A stretch of 63,373 nt of DNA. Origin: Candidatus Peregrinibacteria bacterium. GTDB lineage: Bacteria > Patescibacteriota > Gracilibacteria > CAIRYL01. Under the pieces are notes generated by a model. The model had not been told where the DNA came from and did not search any database. It saw only the letters and a program-made list of their open reading frames with translations. The position numbers and the translations under genes are program-made. The DNA is taken from NCBI GenBank assembly GCA_016220175.1, contig JACRHZ010000075.1:1-63373 (forward strand), read 5' to 3'. Of this stretch, positions 19,529-29,536 are shown in pieces. Position 1 is the first letter of the stretch; every line of letters starts with the position of its first letter.

Positions 19529-20143
19529 ATGTCACTTGTCCAAATTTCAGCTCTTTCTAAAAATGATCTCAGGAAAGAAGTGCTTCAGAAGAGGGCTGCG
19601 CTGCCAAAAGATGCACGTCAAAAATTTTCTCAAGAAATATGTGCCTCACTTCAAAAGCTGATACATCACAAATTTCCCGATGCGGCGAATATCCTCTTTT
19701 ATGTTCCTTATAAAAGTGAGGTGAATATTAAAGCTCTTATAAAATGGGCACTTCTCCATGAGTCATATCATGTGTATCTCCCCAAAATCATTGACCCTGA
19801 ATCTGCTCTTTTTGAGGCGATACGTATTTCTTCATACGACGAAATTTCTCCTGTTTCTGAAAACTATAATCTTTCCGAACCGAAAGGATCGTCTTCGATT
19901 TCTCCTCAAATGCTCGATCTCGTCATTGTTCCGGCAGTAGCAATTGATTTTCTGGGAAATCGTATTGGATATGGAAAAGGGTACTACGATCGATTTTTGG
20001 CAAATGTTTCAGGGCGATGTCAAAAATGGGCGGTTATTTTCTCCTGTCAAAAAGTCGAAAAAGTTCCAGTGGATGAATACGATATTCCCGTTGATGCGTA
20101 TGTTGATGAGAATGGTTTGCGAGGAATAAGGAATAAGGAATAA
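19529..20143 (+). CDS. 5-formyltetrahydrofolate cyclo-ligase
   Basis: LRKEVLQKRAALP and VPAVAIDFLGNRIGYGKGYYDRFL motifs. Confidence 0.8.
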   Translation: MSLVQISALSKNDLRKEVLQKRAALPKDARQKFSQEICASLQKLIHHKFPDAANILFYVPYKSEVNIKALIKWALLHESYHVYLPKIIDPESALFEAIRISSYDEISPVSENYNLSEPKGSSSISPQMLDLVIVPAVAIDFLGNRIGYGKGYYDRFLANVSGRCQKWAVIFSCQKVEKVPVDEYDIPVDAYVDENGLRGIRNKE

Positions 20144-20297
20144 GGAATTGGTAGTACTCATCGCTTATGAAATAAATCTCTGCTACGAATGCCTGAGCAC
20201 CCAGAAAATTCAGAATATTTGCAAAATCTTATTTCTGATGACATGATACATTTGTATGAAAAAGTCCATTTTTTGCGTTCTTTCTTTAAAAAATTTT

Positions 20298-21560
20298 ATG
20301 CAATATTCCGCAGTAAAAGCCACGGATCCACTTATCTACGAACTTCTTCTTGCCGAGGAAAAGAGACAGAAAGAAGGTCTTGAGCTTATTCCTTCGGAAA
20401 ATTACGCATCTCGTGCGGTGATGGAAGCAATGGGGAGCGTGTTTACGAATAAGTATTCCGAAGGATATCCCCACAAGAGATATTATGGAGGACAAGAAAA
20501 TACAGACGGTATAGAGGAATTGGCGATTGAGCGTGCGTGTAAACTCTTTGATTGCAAATATGCAAATGTACAGCCGCACGCTGGAGCTCCTGCAAACATA
20601 GCGACGTATTTCGCCCTTATGGAGCCAGGAGATACACTTATGGGAATGGATTTAAGTCACGGTGGACATTTAACTCATGGTCATCCCGTCACGTACATCA
20701 CGAAGATCTTCAATTTTGTTCGATACAAAATGAAGGATGTGAATACGGGAGAAATAGATTTTGATGAATTTCGAAAAGTGGCGCGTGAGGCAAAACCAAA
20801 AGTAATCCTTGCCGGATATTCAGCGTATCCGCGGGACTTGGAATATGACAAATTTGTAGAAATCGCAAAAGAAGTAGGCGCAATTGCCATTGCAGATGTC
20901 GCTCATATCGCTGGATGTATTGCTGGAGGTGCTATGAAAAATCCATTTCATTACGGATTTGATGTCGTGCTCACGACGACGCATAAAACACTTCGTGGTC
21001 CACGAGGAGGAATGATCCTCACTCGAGACAATGAAGAAATTGCTACAAAAATCAATAAATCTATATTTCCTGGATTCCAAGGCGGACCACTTATGAACAT
21101 GATAGCAGCAAAAGCCGTATGTTTTGAAGAAGCACTCCAACCAGAATTTAAAGAGTATGCACATCAAATTATTAAAAATGCGAAAGCTATGGAAAAAGTT
21201 TTCCATGAAAGGAAAGTGCGCATGATTACAGGAGGAACATCAAATCACCTTATTCTTATGGATGTGCAGACTTCTTTTGGAGTGAATGGGCACGATGCGC
21301 AAGAAGCCATGGATGAAGCGGCGATTACTCTTAACAAAAATATGATTGCTGATGATCCAAATCCAGCAATGAGACCTTCAGGAATTCGTTTTGGAACTCC
21401 AGCGCTCACCACTCGGGGAATGAAAGAACCAGAAATGGAGCAAATAGCTCATTGGATGGTCGATATTCTTAAAAATATGGGTGACACGGAACTCAGGAAA
21501 AAGATCAGACTTGAGGTGAATAGCATGGCTCTGAAGTTTCCAGTGCAGGGAGTTGGATAG
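20298..21560 (+). CDS. glyA: serine hydroxymethyltransferase
   Basis: LELIPSENY and TTTHKTLRGPRGG (PLP lysine). Start set at MQYSAV (20298). Confidence 0.95.
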   Translation: MQYSAVKATDPLIYELLLAEEKRQKEGLELIPSENYASRAVMEAMGSVFTNKYSEGYPHKRYYGGQENTDGIEELAIERACKLFDCKYANVQPHAGAPANIATYFALMEPGDTLMGMDLSHGGHLTHGHPVTYITKIFNFVRYKMKDVNTGEIDFDEFRKVAREAKPKVILAGYSAYPRDLEYDKFVEIAKEVGAIAIADVAHIAGCIAGGAMKNPFHYGFDVVLTTTHKTLRGPRGGMILTRDNEEIATKINKSIFPGFQGGPLMNMIAAKAVCFEEALQPEFKEYAHQIIKNAKAMEKVFHERKVRMITGGTSNHLILMDVQTSFGVNGHDAQEAMDEAAITLNKNMIADDPNPAMRPSGIRFGTPALTTRGMKEPEMEQIAHWMVDILKNMGDTELRKKIRLEVNSMALKFPVQGVG

Positions 21561-21561
21561 G

Positions 21562-21590
21562 AATGTGTTGACGATGTCCGTCGACACATT
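21562..21590. repeat. TGTCGACG-type hairpin, copy 2
   Basis: aatgtgttgacgatgtccgtcgacacatt, 12-bp stem, immediately after the glyA stop. Confidence 0.6.
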
Positions 21591-21607
21591 ATTTCATACA
21601 AAATATC

Positions 21608-21632
21608 GTAGGGGCGACCCTCGCGGTCGCCC
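21608..21632 (+). repeat. REP-like GTAG-headed hairpin upstream of the RAYT gene
   Basis: GTAG-GGGCGACC-ctc-GCGGTCGCCC. Confidence 0.75.
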
Positions 21633-21750
21633 GAAATGACAGATGATAATGAAAATGATTCGATCATCCAAAGTAATAATTTTCGCATGATGAGTTTTGT
21701 CGTACCAAATCTTTCCATCATTATAATATGTGGAAGTTTTTTCGTGGCGC

Positions 21751-22398
21751 ATGAAGGATCTTTACAACAAAAATCGTCGATCAATTCGTCTGAAGGGATA
21801 CGATTATTCACAACCCGGGTATTACTTTATTACGATCTGCACAAAGAATAGAGAGTGTGTTTTCGGCGAGATTTTTCAACAACACATGCGTTTGTCAGCT
21901 TTGGGAAAAATTGTTGATTATGAATGGCGACACATTTCGAATCGATATTCGAATGTAATATTAAATGAATTTATTGTGATGCCAAATCATATTCATGGAA
22001 TCATTATAATTAGTGATGAATTTTTCGTCGGCATATCGGAAGAAATCGTAGGAACGACCTTCGCGGTCGCTCAATGCAATTCGATCGTTCAAAATAATAA
22101 TATGACAGGCGCAAGGTCTATATCATCATTAATTTTGAATGAAAGGGCAGGCGCAAGGCCTGCCCCTACGATTACGATTGGGAATATTGTCGGATCATTT
22201 AAATCATTGTGTGTACATGGATATTTGCAATACTTAAAAAACAAGAACATTCATGATGTTCCTGGAAAATTCTGGCAACGAAATTATTACGAATCCATAA
22301 TTGAGAATGATTCACATTTGGAAAACGTTCAGGCGTATATTCAAAATAATCCTCTGAACTGGAATACTGACCCAGAAAATCTGGAGTTTATTTTATAA
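21751..22398 (+). CDS. REP-associated tyrosine transposase (RAYT, IS200/IS605 Y1 HUH-like)
   Basis: YDYSQPGYYFITICTKNRECVFG, HUH motif MPNHIHGII, and the catalytic-Tyr region FWQRNYYESII. REP hairpins lie next to and inside the gene. Confidence 0.8.
   Translation: MKDLYNKNRRSIRLKGYDYSQPGYYFITICTKNRECVFGEIFQQHMRLSALGKIVDYEWRHISNRYSNVILNEFIVMPNHIHGIIIISDEFFVGISEEIVGTTFAVAQCNSIVQNNNMTGARSISSLILNERAGARPAPTITIGNIVGSFKSLCVHGYLQYLKNKNIHDVPGKFWQRNYYESIIENDSHLENVQAYIQNNPLNWNTDPENLEFIL
22048..22070 (+). repeat. REP-like hairpin inside the RAYT ORF, in frame
   Basis: GTAG-GAACGACC-ttc-GCGGTCGC, translated as IVGTTFAVAQ. Confidence 0.7.
22145..22169 (-). repeat. REP-like hairpin (variant stem) inside the RAYT ORF, in frame
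   Basis: Minus strand reads GTAG-GGGCAGGC-cttgc-GCCTGCCC, translated on the plus strand as RAGARPAPT. A degenerate copy lies just upstream (gacaggcgcaaggtc). Confidence 0.65.
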
Positions 22399-23685
22399 AA
22401 TTTTTCCATTTTTCACTTTTTCCACTCCTCCCACAAACACCTGATCAGCTTTTCCAAGGAGCGTCATTCCTTCAAAAACAGAATTTGCACCTTTTGTTTC
22501 CATATCTTTCACGCGCACTGCCCATTTTTTCCCGGTATCAAAAATCGCAATGTCCGCATCAGTTCCGACAGAAAGTGTTCCGTGAGGAATTCCAATAACC
22601 CCGGCTGGATTCACACTCATGAGTTCAATAAGTTTTACGAGAGAAATATGATCTTTTTTGACGAGATGTGTAAATCCCGCAGCAAAACTCGTTTCAAGAC
22701 CAACACTTCCTCGTGCTGCGTCTGAAAACGGTTTGAGTTTATCAAATTTCGTATGGGGAGCATGATCTGTACTGATCACAGATATCACTCCTTTTTTGAG
22801 TCCTTCAACAATTCCTTTTTTATCTTCTTCAGAACGAATGGGTGGATACATTTTAGCATTTGTATTGTATCCTTCAACAATTTTATCGGTGAGAGAAAAA
22901 TATTGAGGACACGTTTCTGCCGTCACATGAACACCTCTTTTTTGAAAAAACTCAATGAAATCTACTGAATTTTTGGAAGAAACATGGAAAATATGTATTT
23001 TTGCGCCCGTGTATTCTGCCAAACATAACATTTTAAGAACGGAAACATCTTCGGCAACTCTCGGAATTCCCGGAAGTCCCAATTTTGTCGAAATGATTCC
23101 CTCATGCATCATTCCGCCAGCAGAAAGACTTTCCACTTCACAGTGATTCATGAGCACTAAATCAAGCGTTTTCGCGTATTCCATGGCTCTTTTGAGAACA
23201 ACTTCATTCTGCACATCTTGCCCATCATCTGTGACGGCAACAATTCCCGCATCTTTCATTGCTTTCATGGGAGCGAGCTCTTTGCCTTCTTCGCCTTTCG
23301 TAATCGCTCCTGCAGGAAAAAGTCGCGCAAGCCCGAGTTTTTCAGCTTGTTCGATTTGATAGCGAACAGCAAGTGCTGAATCTGTTATAGGACAAGTGTT
23401 CGGCATGGAAACGACAGAAGTGATGCCTCCTGCGAGAGCAGCTCTAAGACCGGTTTTCAAGTTTTCTTTCCCTTCTTGTCCTGGTATCCTCAAGTGTACT
23501 TGAATATCCACGAGTCCCGGAGTAACAATTTTCCCTCGCGCTTCCACTTTCTGGCAGTGTTTTTCCACTTTTATTTTTTTCCCGATTTTCAGAATTTTTC
23601 CATCCCGCACATGAATATCACAAATGGTGTCCACTTTGTGAGCAGGATCAATCACATGTCCATTGGTAATAAGAAATTCAGTCAT
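22393..23685 (-). CDS. pyrC: dihydroorotase
   Basis: PGLVDIQVHLR and TDHAPH motifs. 430 aa. Adjacent to pyrB. Confidence 0.9.
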   Translation of the reverse strand: MTEFLITNGHVIDPAHKVDTICDIHVRDGKILKIGKKIKVEKHCQKVEARGKIVTPGLVDIQVHLRIPGQEGKENLKTGLRAALAGGITSVVSMPNTCPITDSALAVRYQIEQAEKLGLARLFPAGAITKGEEGKELAPMKAMKDAGIVAVTDDGQDVQNEVVLKRAMEYAKTLDLVLMNHCEVESLSAGGMMHEGIISTKLGLPGIPRVAEDVSVLKMLCLAEYTGAKIHIFHVSSKNSVDFIEFFQKRGVHVTAETCPQYFSLTDKIVEGYNTNAKMYPPIRSEEDKKGIVEGLKKGVISVISTDHAPHTKFDKLKPFSDAARGSVGLETSFAAGFTHLVKKDHISLVKLIELMSVNPAGVIGIPHGTLSVGTDADIAIFDTGKKWAVRVKDMETKGANSVFEGMTLLGKADQVFVGGVEKVKNGKIL

Positions 23686-24672
23686 TTATGCAGGAGAAAA
23701 AGGTTTCGTTTTTTTATCGTACCTCTTTGCGAGAAGCCAAAGCACCGCTTTTCTCACAGCGAGACCATTTGTTACCTGTTCCCGAATTTTTGATTGCGGA
23801 TGGCAAACGAGATCAGATGCCACATCAACCCCGCGAATGACTGGTCCAGGATGAATAAGGATCGCATTTTTATCCGCAAGAGCAAGACGCTCTGAAGTCA
23901 TACAGTACATTTTTGCGTATTCTTGAAGACTCGGAATAAAACCAGTTGAACCTCGTTCTTCTTGCACTCTGAGTGCGCATATTACATGTGCTCCTGCAAG
24001 TGCTTTTTCTACATTGGTGAAGATTTCCACGCCAAATTCTTCCACTCCTTGTGCGATAAAAGTACACGGAGAAGCAATTCTCACCTTTGCTCCGAGTTTT
24101 TTTGCAACTCGAACAAGTGATCCAAAAACCCTCGAGTGTAAAGTGTCGCCGATGATCGTCAACACTTTTTTTTCCATATTTCCGTGATGATCGAGCATCG
24201 TTTTTGCATCGAGGAGACCTTGGGTTGGATGCTCATGCCACCCATCTCCAGCACTCACCACTGCACATGGTACATGTTGCGCGACAAAACACTGACTTCC
24301 GGCATCAGTGGAACGCATGACAATTACTTTTGGTTTGAGTGCTGCAAGCGTGAGCATCGTGTCGAGAAGACTCTCTCCTTTCCTCAGAGAAGAGCTTTCT
24401 GCTGAGGTTCCGACAACATCTGCCCCGAGGTGTTTCCCTGCAAGTTCGAAGCTGAGCCTCGTCCTCGTCGACTGTTCGTAAAACGCGGTAATAATGGTGG
24501 AGTCCTTAAGAAGGCTAAGCTTCGCCGTTTCCGCTTCCTTAAAGAGTATCGCAATTTTTAAAATAAGTTCAATATCTTGCATCGAAAGATCATCAATCGA
24601 AAGTACGTCAAAAACAGAAAGATCGCGTTTCCTGCGAGCTTTTTCGAGTTTTTTTTCAAGTGATACAGGCAT
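23686..24672 (-). CDS. pyrB: aspartate carbamoyltransferase catalytic subunit
   Basis: STRTRLSFE, HPTQGLLD and HPGP motifs. Confidence 0.92.
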   Translation of the reverse strand: MPVSLEKKLEKARRKRDLSVFDVLSIDDLSMQDIELILKIAILFKEAETAKLSLLKDSTIITAFYEQSTRTRLSFELAGKHLGADVVGTSAESSSLRKGESLLDTMLTLAALKPKVIVMRSTDAGSQCFVAQHVPCAVVSAGDGWHEHPTQGLLDAKTMLDHHGNMEKKVLTIIGDTLHSRVFGSLVRVAKKLGAKVRIASPCTFIAQGVEEFGVEIFTNVEKALAGAHVICALRVQEERGSTGFIPSLQEYAKMYCMTSERLALADKNAILIHPGPVIRGVDVASDLVCHPQSKIREQVTNGLAVRKAVLWLLAKRYDKKTKPFSPA

Positions 24673-24821
24673 GGTCAGGGTACCAAAAATTTTCTTCTGC
24701 CATCATACCGTTTTCTGCTGGAATTTGAAAAGAAGAAAATACAATTGACTGACAATTTGTGTTTTTGTAAATATTCTGTATTCTGAAAGTACATTCCTTT
24801 TTGTTTTTTTTCTTTCTTTTT

Positions 24822-25901
24822 ATGTCAAAAACTTCTGTAAAAGACCCGAGACATGAAGCACTTTTAAATGCTATGGCTCAGATTCAAAAACAATATGGAG
24901 AAGGTTCTATCATGAACCTTTCCAGCGCCGGAAAAATGAACGTAGAAACTATTCCAACAGGATCAATTTCACTCGATATTGCTCTTGGAGGAGGAATTCC
25001 CAAAGGGAGAGTTATTGAAGTATATGGACCGGAATCTTCCGGAAAAACGACACTCGCTCTTCATATCGCGGCGGAGTATCAGAAACGCGGTGGACAGGTC
25101 GCATTTATTGATGCCGAACATGCCCTTGATCCGGAGTATGCCAAAAGAATTGGGCTAAATCTCGAAAAATGTACCATTTCTCAGCCAGATTCTGGGGAAC
25201 AAGCACTCGAAATTGCTGAACTCCTCGTTCGTTCGGGCGCGATTGATCTCATCATTATAGACTCCGTTGCAGCTCTCGTTCCAAAAGCAGAAATTGAAGG
25301 AATGATGGGGGATTCGCACATGGGACTTCAAGCTCGTCTCATGAGCCAAGCACTTCGAAAACTCACAGGAATTGTGGGAAAAACAAAAACGACCATTATT
25401 TTCATTAATCAAATTCGCATGAAAATTGGGGTTATGTTTGGAAATCCAGAAACGACTACCGGCGGAAATGCGCTCAAATTTTATGCTTCTGTGCGAATGG
25501 ACATCAGACGAACGTCAAAAATTGAAACAGGATCAGGTGATACAAAAGAAGCTGTGGGAAATAGGGTAAAAGTGAAAGTGGTAAAGAATAAAATTGCTCC
25601 TCCGTTCAAATCAGCAGAGTTTGATATTATGTTTAATGAGGGAATTTCTCGAGTTGGAGATATTCTGGATACTGCCGTGCGTCTCGGAATTGTAAAAAAA
25701 TCAGGCGCATTCTTTACGTATAAAGAAACAAAACTTGGACAAGGTCGAGAGAACGCTAAAGACTTTCTGAAGACAAATCAAAAAATTTCAGATATTCTCG
25801 ATAAGGAGGTCCGAGAAATGGTGGCACGTGGCGAAGTTGAGCCAGTTCCTGCAATAATGGAAGAAGAGAACGGTGCGGAAAATGAAAAGATGGAGCTGTA
25901 G
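24822..25901 (+). CDS. recA: recombinase A
   Basis: [12 protein letters not shown] Walker [11 protein letters not shown] and [30 protein letters not shown]. Confidence 0.97.
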   Translation: MSKTSVKDPRHEALLNAMAQIQKQYGEGSIMNLSSAGKMNVETIPTGSISLDIALGGGIPKGRVIEVYGPESSGKTTLALHIAAEYQKRGGQVAFIDAEHALDPEYAKRIGLNLEKCTISQPDSGEQALEIAELLVRSGAIDLIIIDSVAALVPKAEIEGMMGDSHMGLQARLMSQALRKLTGIVGKTKTTIIFINQIRMKIGVMFGNPETTTGGNALKFYASVRMDIRRTSKIETGSGDTKEAVGNRVKVKVVKNKIAPPFKSAEFDIMFNEGISRVGDILDTAVRLGIVKKSGAFFTYKETKLGQGRENAKDFLKTNQKISDILDKEVREMVARGEVEPVPAIMEEENGAENEKMEL

Positions 25902-25976
25902 AGAAAAGGTAAAATGTAAAAAAAATTACAAAATTAAAAATTCTTTAAAAATTATAAAATTTAGAAATTCCACATT

Positions 25977-27245
25977 ATGTTTCAACAGCACAGTCTTCCC
26001 AATAACCTTCGCCTCATTACCTCTCAAAATACTGGTACGAAAGCAGTAACGCTCCTCATCCTTACCGGAGCAGGATCACGAAATGAGAAAGATGAAGAGC
26101 GCGGAATTTCTCATTTTCTTGAGCATATGTTTTTTAAAGGTGGAGCTCGTTATAAAAATGCGAAAGAAGTTGCCGAAACAATTGATGGCGTTGGCGGAGA
26201 TTTTAACGCGTTTACGGGAAAAGAATATGCGGGATATTACGTAAAGGTTTCTGCTGAACAAGTGGAAACCTCGTTTAATGTTCTTTCTGACATGCTCCTC
26301 AATTCCATTTTTTCTCCACATGAAATCGAAAAGGAACGCGGAGTAATTTTGGAGGAATTTAACATGTATGAAGACACGCCGATATATAAAATTGGGTGGG
26401 ATTTTGAAGAACTTCTTTTTGGAAGTGATCATCCGATGGGACGGGATGAAATCGGGACAAAAGAATTCATTGCAAAAGTTACGCAGCAGGAATTTCAAGA
26501 TTACAAATCTGCGCTCTATACGCCGGAGAATACGGTCATCATTGCTTCCGGAAATATTTCTCCCGAGAAATCGCTTGAGCTTGCAAAACAATATTTTCAG
26601 TTTCCAGCTGCGAAAAGAACGCGACATCATATTGATTTTGCTTGGCCAAAAAATCCTGAACGTCTTCATCTTCGAAATAAAAAAACCGAACAAGCGCATC
26701 TCGTGGTCGGCTATCCGGGGCTTCCCATGGCGCATAAAGATGAACATGTCCTGAATCTTCTCGCCGTAATTTTAGGCGGCAATATGAGTTCTCGCATGTT
26801 TTTGAACATTCGAGAAGCACACGGTCTCTGTTACTCCATTTCTACTACGACCGATCGATACACGGATTGTGGAGTGATTTCTACACATGCGGGAGTAGAT
26901 ATTGCTCGGGTGGAAAAAGCAATCACGGCAATTCGGCAAGAATATGAGAAAATTACTGCTGAAAAAATTTCAGATGAAGAGCTTCAAAAGGCAAAGAATT
27001 TTCTCAAAGGGAAAATTACGCTTCGTATGGAGGACAGTGAAGAAGTTGCAAGTTTTTTGGGAACGCAGGCGCTCCTTCTTCCGGAAATCAAAACACTGAA
27101 ACAACTTTTTGCAAAAATTGACGCGGTTTCAGCAGATGATATTCTCCGAGTTTCTCGGGCAATTCTCATTCCTGAAAAACTTTCTCTCGCACTCATCGGA
27201 CCGTTTGAAGGGAAAGAGGAGGAGTTTCGAAAGTTGCTGGGGTGA
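25977..27245 (+). CDS. M16-family (pitrilysin/insulinase) metallopeptidase
   Basis: The inverted zinc motif HFLEHMFFKG. Confidence 0.85.
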   Translation: MFQQHSLPNNLRLITSQNTGTKAVTLLILTGAGSRNEKDEERGISHFLEHMFFKGGARYKNAKEVAETIDGVGGDFNAFTGKEYAGYYVKVSAEQVETSFNVLSDMLLNSIFSPHEIEKERGVILEEFNMYEDTPIYKIGWDFEELLFGSDHPMGRDEIGTKEFIAKVTQQEFQDYKSALYTPENTVIIASGNISPEKSLELAKQYFQFPAAKRTRHHIDFAWPKNPERLHLRNKKTEQAHLVVGYPGLPMAHKDEHVLNLLAVILGGNMSSRMFLNIREAHGLCYSISTTTDRYTDCGVISTHAGVDIARVEKAITAIRQEYEKITAEKISDEELQKAKNFLKGKITLRMEDSEEVASFLGTQALLLPEIKTLKQLFAKIDAVSADDILRVSRAILIPEKLSLALIGPFEGKEEEFRKLLG

Positions 27246-27307
27246 AAATTTGTAGTATTTAAAAGTATTTTATAGTATAATATCTACATAATATAATATT
27301 TTATACT

Positions 27308-27559
27308 ATGGTACACTATAATATTACACTCAATGAGGATCTTGCTGATGTAGTTGAATCTCAAATGAAGAGAAGAAGATTTGCGAATCGCAGTGAATTT
27401 TTTCGTGATCTCATTAGAAGTCAGTATGTCCTCATCGAGAATGAAAACATCCTCATAGAGGAAATTTCGCGAGATGATGCCGATTATGCTATCATAAAAA
27501 AGCGAGAAAAAAATGCGGAATTTATTCCATTAGAAAAAATACTGCGCTCAAAGAAATAA
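27308..27559 (+). CDS. ribbon-helix-helix antitoxin
   Basis: 83 aa, NITLNEDLADVV...RSEFFRDLIR (RHH). Directly upstream of the RelE-like ORF. Confidence 0.65.
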   Translation: MVHYNITLNEDLADVVESQMKRRRFANRSEFFRDLIRSQYVLIENENILIEEISRDDADYAIIKKREKNAEFIPLEKILRSKK

Positions 27560-27580
27560 TATTTTTCTATTTTTTTATAT

Positions 27581-27835
27581 ATGTTCGAGCTTCTTATTGA
27601 AAAAAGAGCATGGAAAGACATTGATAAAATTGATGTGCAAGAACAATCAAGAGTTTTAACAAAATTACAACAAATTCTTTCCGAAAACCCTTATCCTCGA
27701 GGCGGAAATCCAAAGAAACTCATGGGAGAAGAAGCATTTCGTCTGAGAATTGGAGATTATCGAGTGCTTTATAGAGTTTATAAAAAACAAGTATTTGTTT
27801 TTGCTGTGGGTCATCGGAAGGATGTGTATAGATGA
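27581..27835 (+). CDS. type II toxin, RelE/ParE family
   Basis: 84 aa, FRLRIGDYRVLYRVYKKQVFVFAVGHRKDVYR. Confidence 0.8.
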   Translation: MFELLIEKRAWKDIDKIDVQEQSRVLTKLQQILSENPYPRGGNPKKLMGEEAFRLRIGDYRVLYRVYKKQVFVFAVGHRKDVYR

Positions 27836-28068
27836 AACTGGATTATGTGTGAAAATATTCCCCACGAAAATGCAAGTGAATTTTTTTGCAAAGTGGAGTA
27901 CAAATAAAAAAACTTTTTTCACGGAATATGCCAAATTCAATGCTCACTATGCCAAACTGTAAAACTTCTTCGAAGTCTAATCGTAAATCTGCTCGTGCTT
28001 CTTTGAAGAGAAAGAAAAAGATTGTAAAAAAGGGAAGAAAAAATTCGTGAACTTCTTACAATTTTACA

Positions 28069-28932
28069 TCAGCACTTTGCGACATGTGCGGGTGTGTGAT
28101 TCGCACGAACATGTTTTATCGATAATACCATCCAAGTAGCGAGCACAAATGGAGCAGTAAGAGCGATTATACCGAGTTTGTTCAGACCGAGGAAAAAGAG
28201 CACAGAGAGAATAATTGCAAAATTCGTAATCACAAATGAGTCCCACTTCTTCGTTCCTAACACTATGCCACAGAGTATGGCATTATATCCAAAAAGACCG
28301 ATATTTATCAGAGAAAGAGGCAAATGAAAAAATATCGCTAACAGATTCCCGAGTAATGATGCATAAAGTGCATAAAAAGCAGCAGTACGTGAATTTATTA
28401 AAATGCCAAAAAGAAAGAGGAGGCCAGTGATGGCATTCTCTTGGAACATCACCTGACCAATTCCAATGCTGATTGCTGAAAATAAATCGAGCAATGCGGT
28501 TTGTGGCAATGCTGATATCAGCAAAGGGGAAGCATGAAGAAATTTTATACCAAAAATTCCCATCCAGGTACTCAGAACGAATGGTGCAGTAAAAGCAGGG
28601 ATTCTTTTTTGTATTGCATGCATGATAACGCTAGAGAGTGCGGAGCTAATAATTATAGCAAGCGCTGTAGCGACGTTGACCCCAAAGAAAAACCAAATGG
28701 CAATTCCGACAAGTGTTCCATTGAATCCATACAAACCGTTTTTAATATCTTCCTGAGGATATTTGAGAAACACAGCGAAAATACTTCCAACAATGTTTCC
28801 GAGAATTGCTCCGAGTCCCAAAATCCAGGAGTTGTAAAATATTCCGACTAAAAATAAGAGCCCGGTCAAAGCATTATTTTGAAGCATCACTTGGCCAACT
28901 CCACGGAGTATTATTTGGACGGAATCTCGCAT
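28069..28932 (-). CDS. urea transporter (UT family)
   Basis: 287 aa, ~10 TM segments, internally duplicated. QVMLQNNALTGLLFLVGI and QVMFQENAITGLLFLFGI match UT-family signatures. Confidence 0.75.
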   Translation of the reverse strand: MRDSVQIILRGVGQVMLQNNALTGLLFLVGIFYNSWILGLGAILGNIVGSIFAVFLKYPQEDIKNGLYGFNGTLVGIAIWFFFGVNVATALAIIISSALSSVIMHAIQKRIPAFTAPFVLSTWMGIFGIKFLHASPLLISALPQTALLDLFSAISIGIGQVMFQENAITGLLFLFGILINSRTAAFYALYASLLGNLLAIFFHLPLSLINIGLFGYNAILCGIVLGTKKWDSFVITNFAIILSVLFFLGLNKLGIIALTAPFVLATWMVLSIKHVRANHTPAHVAKC

Positions 28933-28962
28933 AGAAAAAACTTGTCGCGTATAATGCTATAC

Positions 28963-29000
28963 TTCTTTTCCCAAAGAGTCACCCGTCCTTGGATGACTTC
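28963..29000 (+). repeat. 38-bp direct repeat, copy 1 (contains the GTCACCC...GGATGAC hairpin)
   Basis: ttcttttcccaaagagtcacccgtccttggatgacttc. About 90% identical to 30898-30935. Confidence 0.7.
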
Positions 29001-29035
29001 CTCGGAAGCTTGTGCAAGGGATTTCAATCTCGCCC

Positions 29036-29106
29036 TGGTGGAGAGGACGGGAATCGAACCCGCAAAATTAGGTCTCAACCCCAATTCGTACACCAGTACC
29101 CTCCCC
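29036..29106 (-). tRNA. atypical tRNA-like gene (71 nt with encoded CCA, UGA anticodon-like loop, truncated D-arm, no variable arm)
   Basis: Canonical T-arm (GCGGG-TTCGATT-CCCGT). 7-bp acceptor GGGGAGG/CCTCTCC followed by A-CCA. 7-nt loop GTTGAGA on a 5-7-bp stem. The D-arm is only GTAC-TGGT-GTAC. A 10-nt leader (GCCCTGGTGG) pairs with CCACCAGGGC at the 3' end. Confidence 0.4.
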
Positions 29107-29420
29107 ATAGCCACCAGGGCATGGTTGATAATACTTCCATGCAATGAGATACAAAAACGACCACTTCTTGCGAAATAGTCGTTTTTGCTGAGACCTAATT
29201 TATGCAGGCAGATGCCTGTGTACGAATTTGGGCATCACTATAATACAAAATTGAGTTCAAAAATTCAAGAGAAAATCATAGTTTTTACTTTGGGATCACA
29301 TCAAAAATTTGGGGAGAAAATAATCAAGCATATATTTTAGAGAGACGGAAAAGGAAGAATTTTTTATCAGTAACACCACGAACAAGCGCACGGAAGCCTT
29401 TGATTTTTCCACAGCGAAAA

Positions 29421-29445
29421 TGTGTCGACGAGGTCCGACGACACA
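29421..29445. repeat. TGTCGACG-type hairpin, copy 3
   Basis: tgtgtcgacgaggtccgacgacaca. Confidence 0.6.
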
Positions 29446-29479
29446 ATCGACATTTCTCTATGAAAAAAACCCAATCGTC

Positions 29480-29518
29480 GGTTCAACTCTTTTGAGTTGA
29501 ACCCTTCGTTTCTTTTTT
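29480..29518 (+). terminator. rho-independent terminator-like hairpin inside the IS110 5' arm
   Basis: GGTTCAACTC-tttt-GAGTTGAACC (10-bp perfect stem) followed by cttcgtttctttttt. Confidence 0.5.
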
Positions 29519-29536
29519 ACCATTAACTTACTTTTT

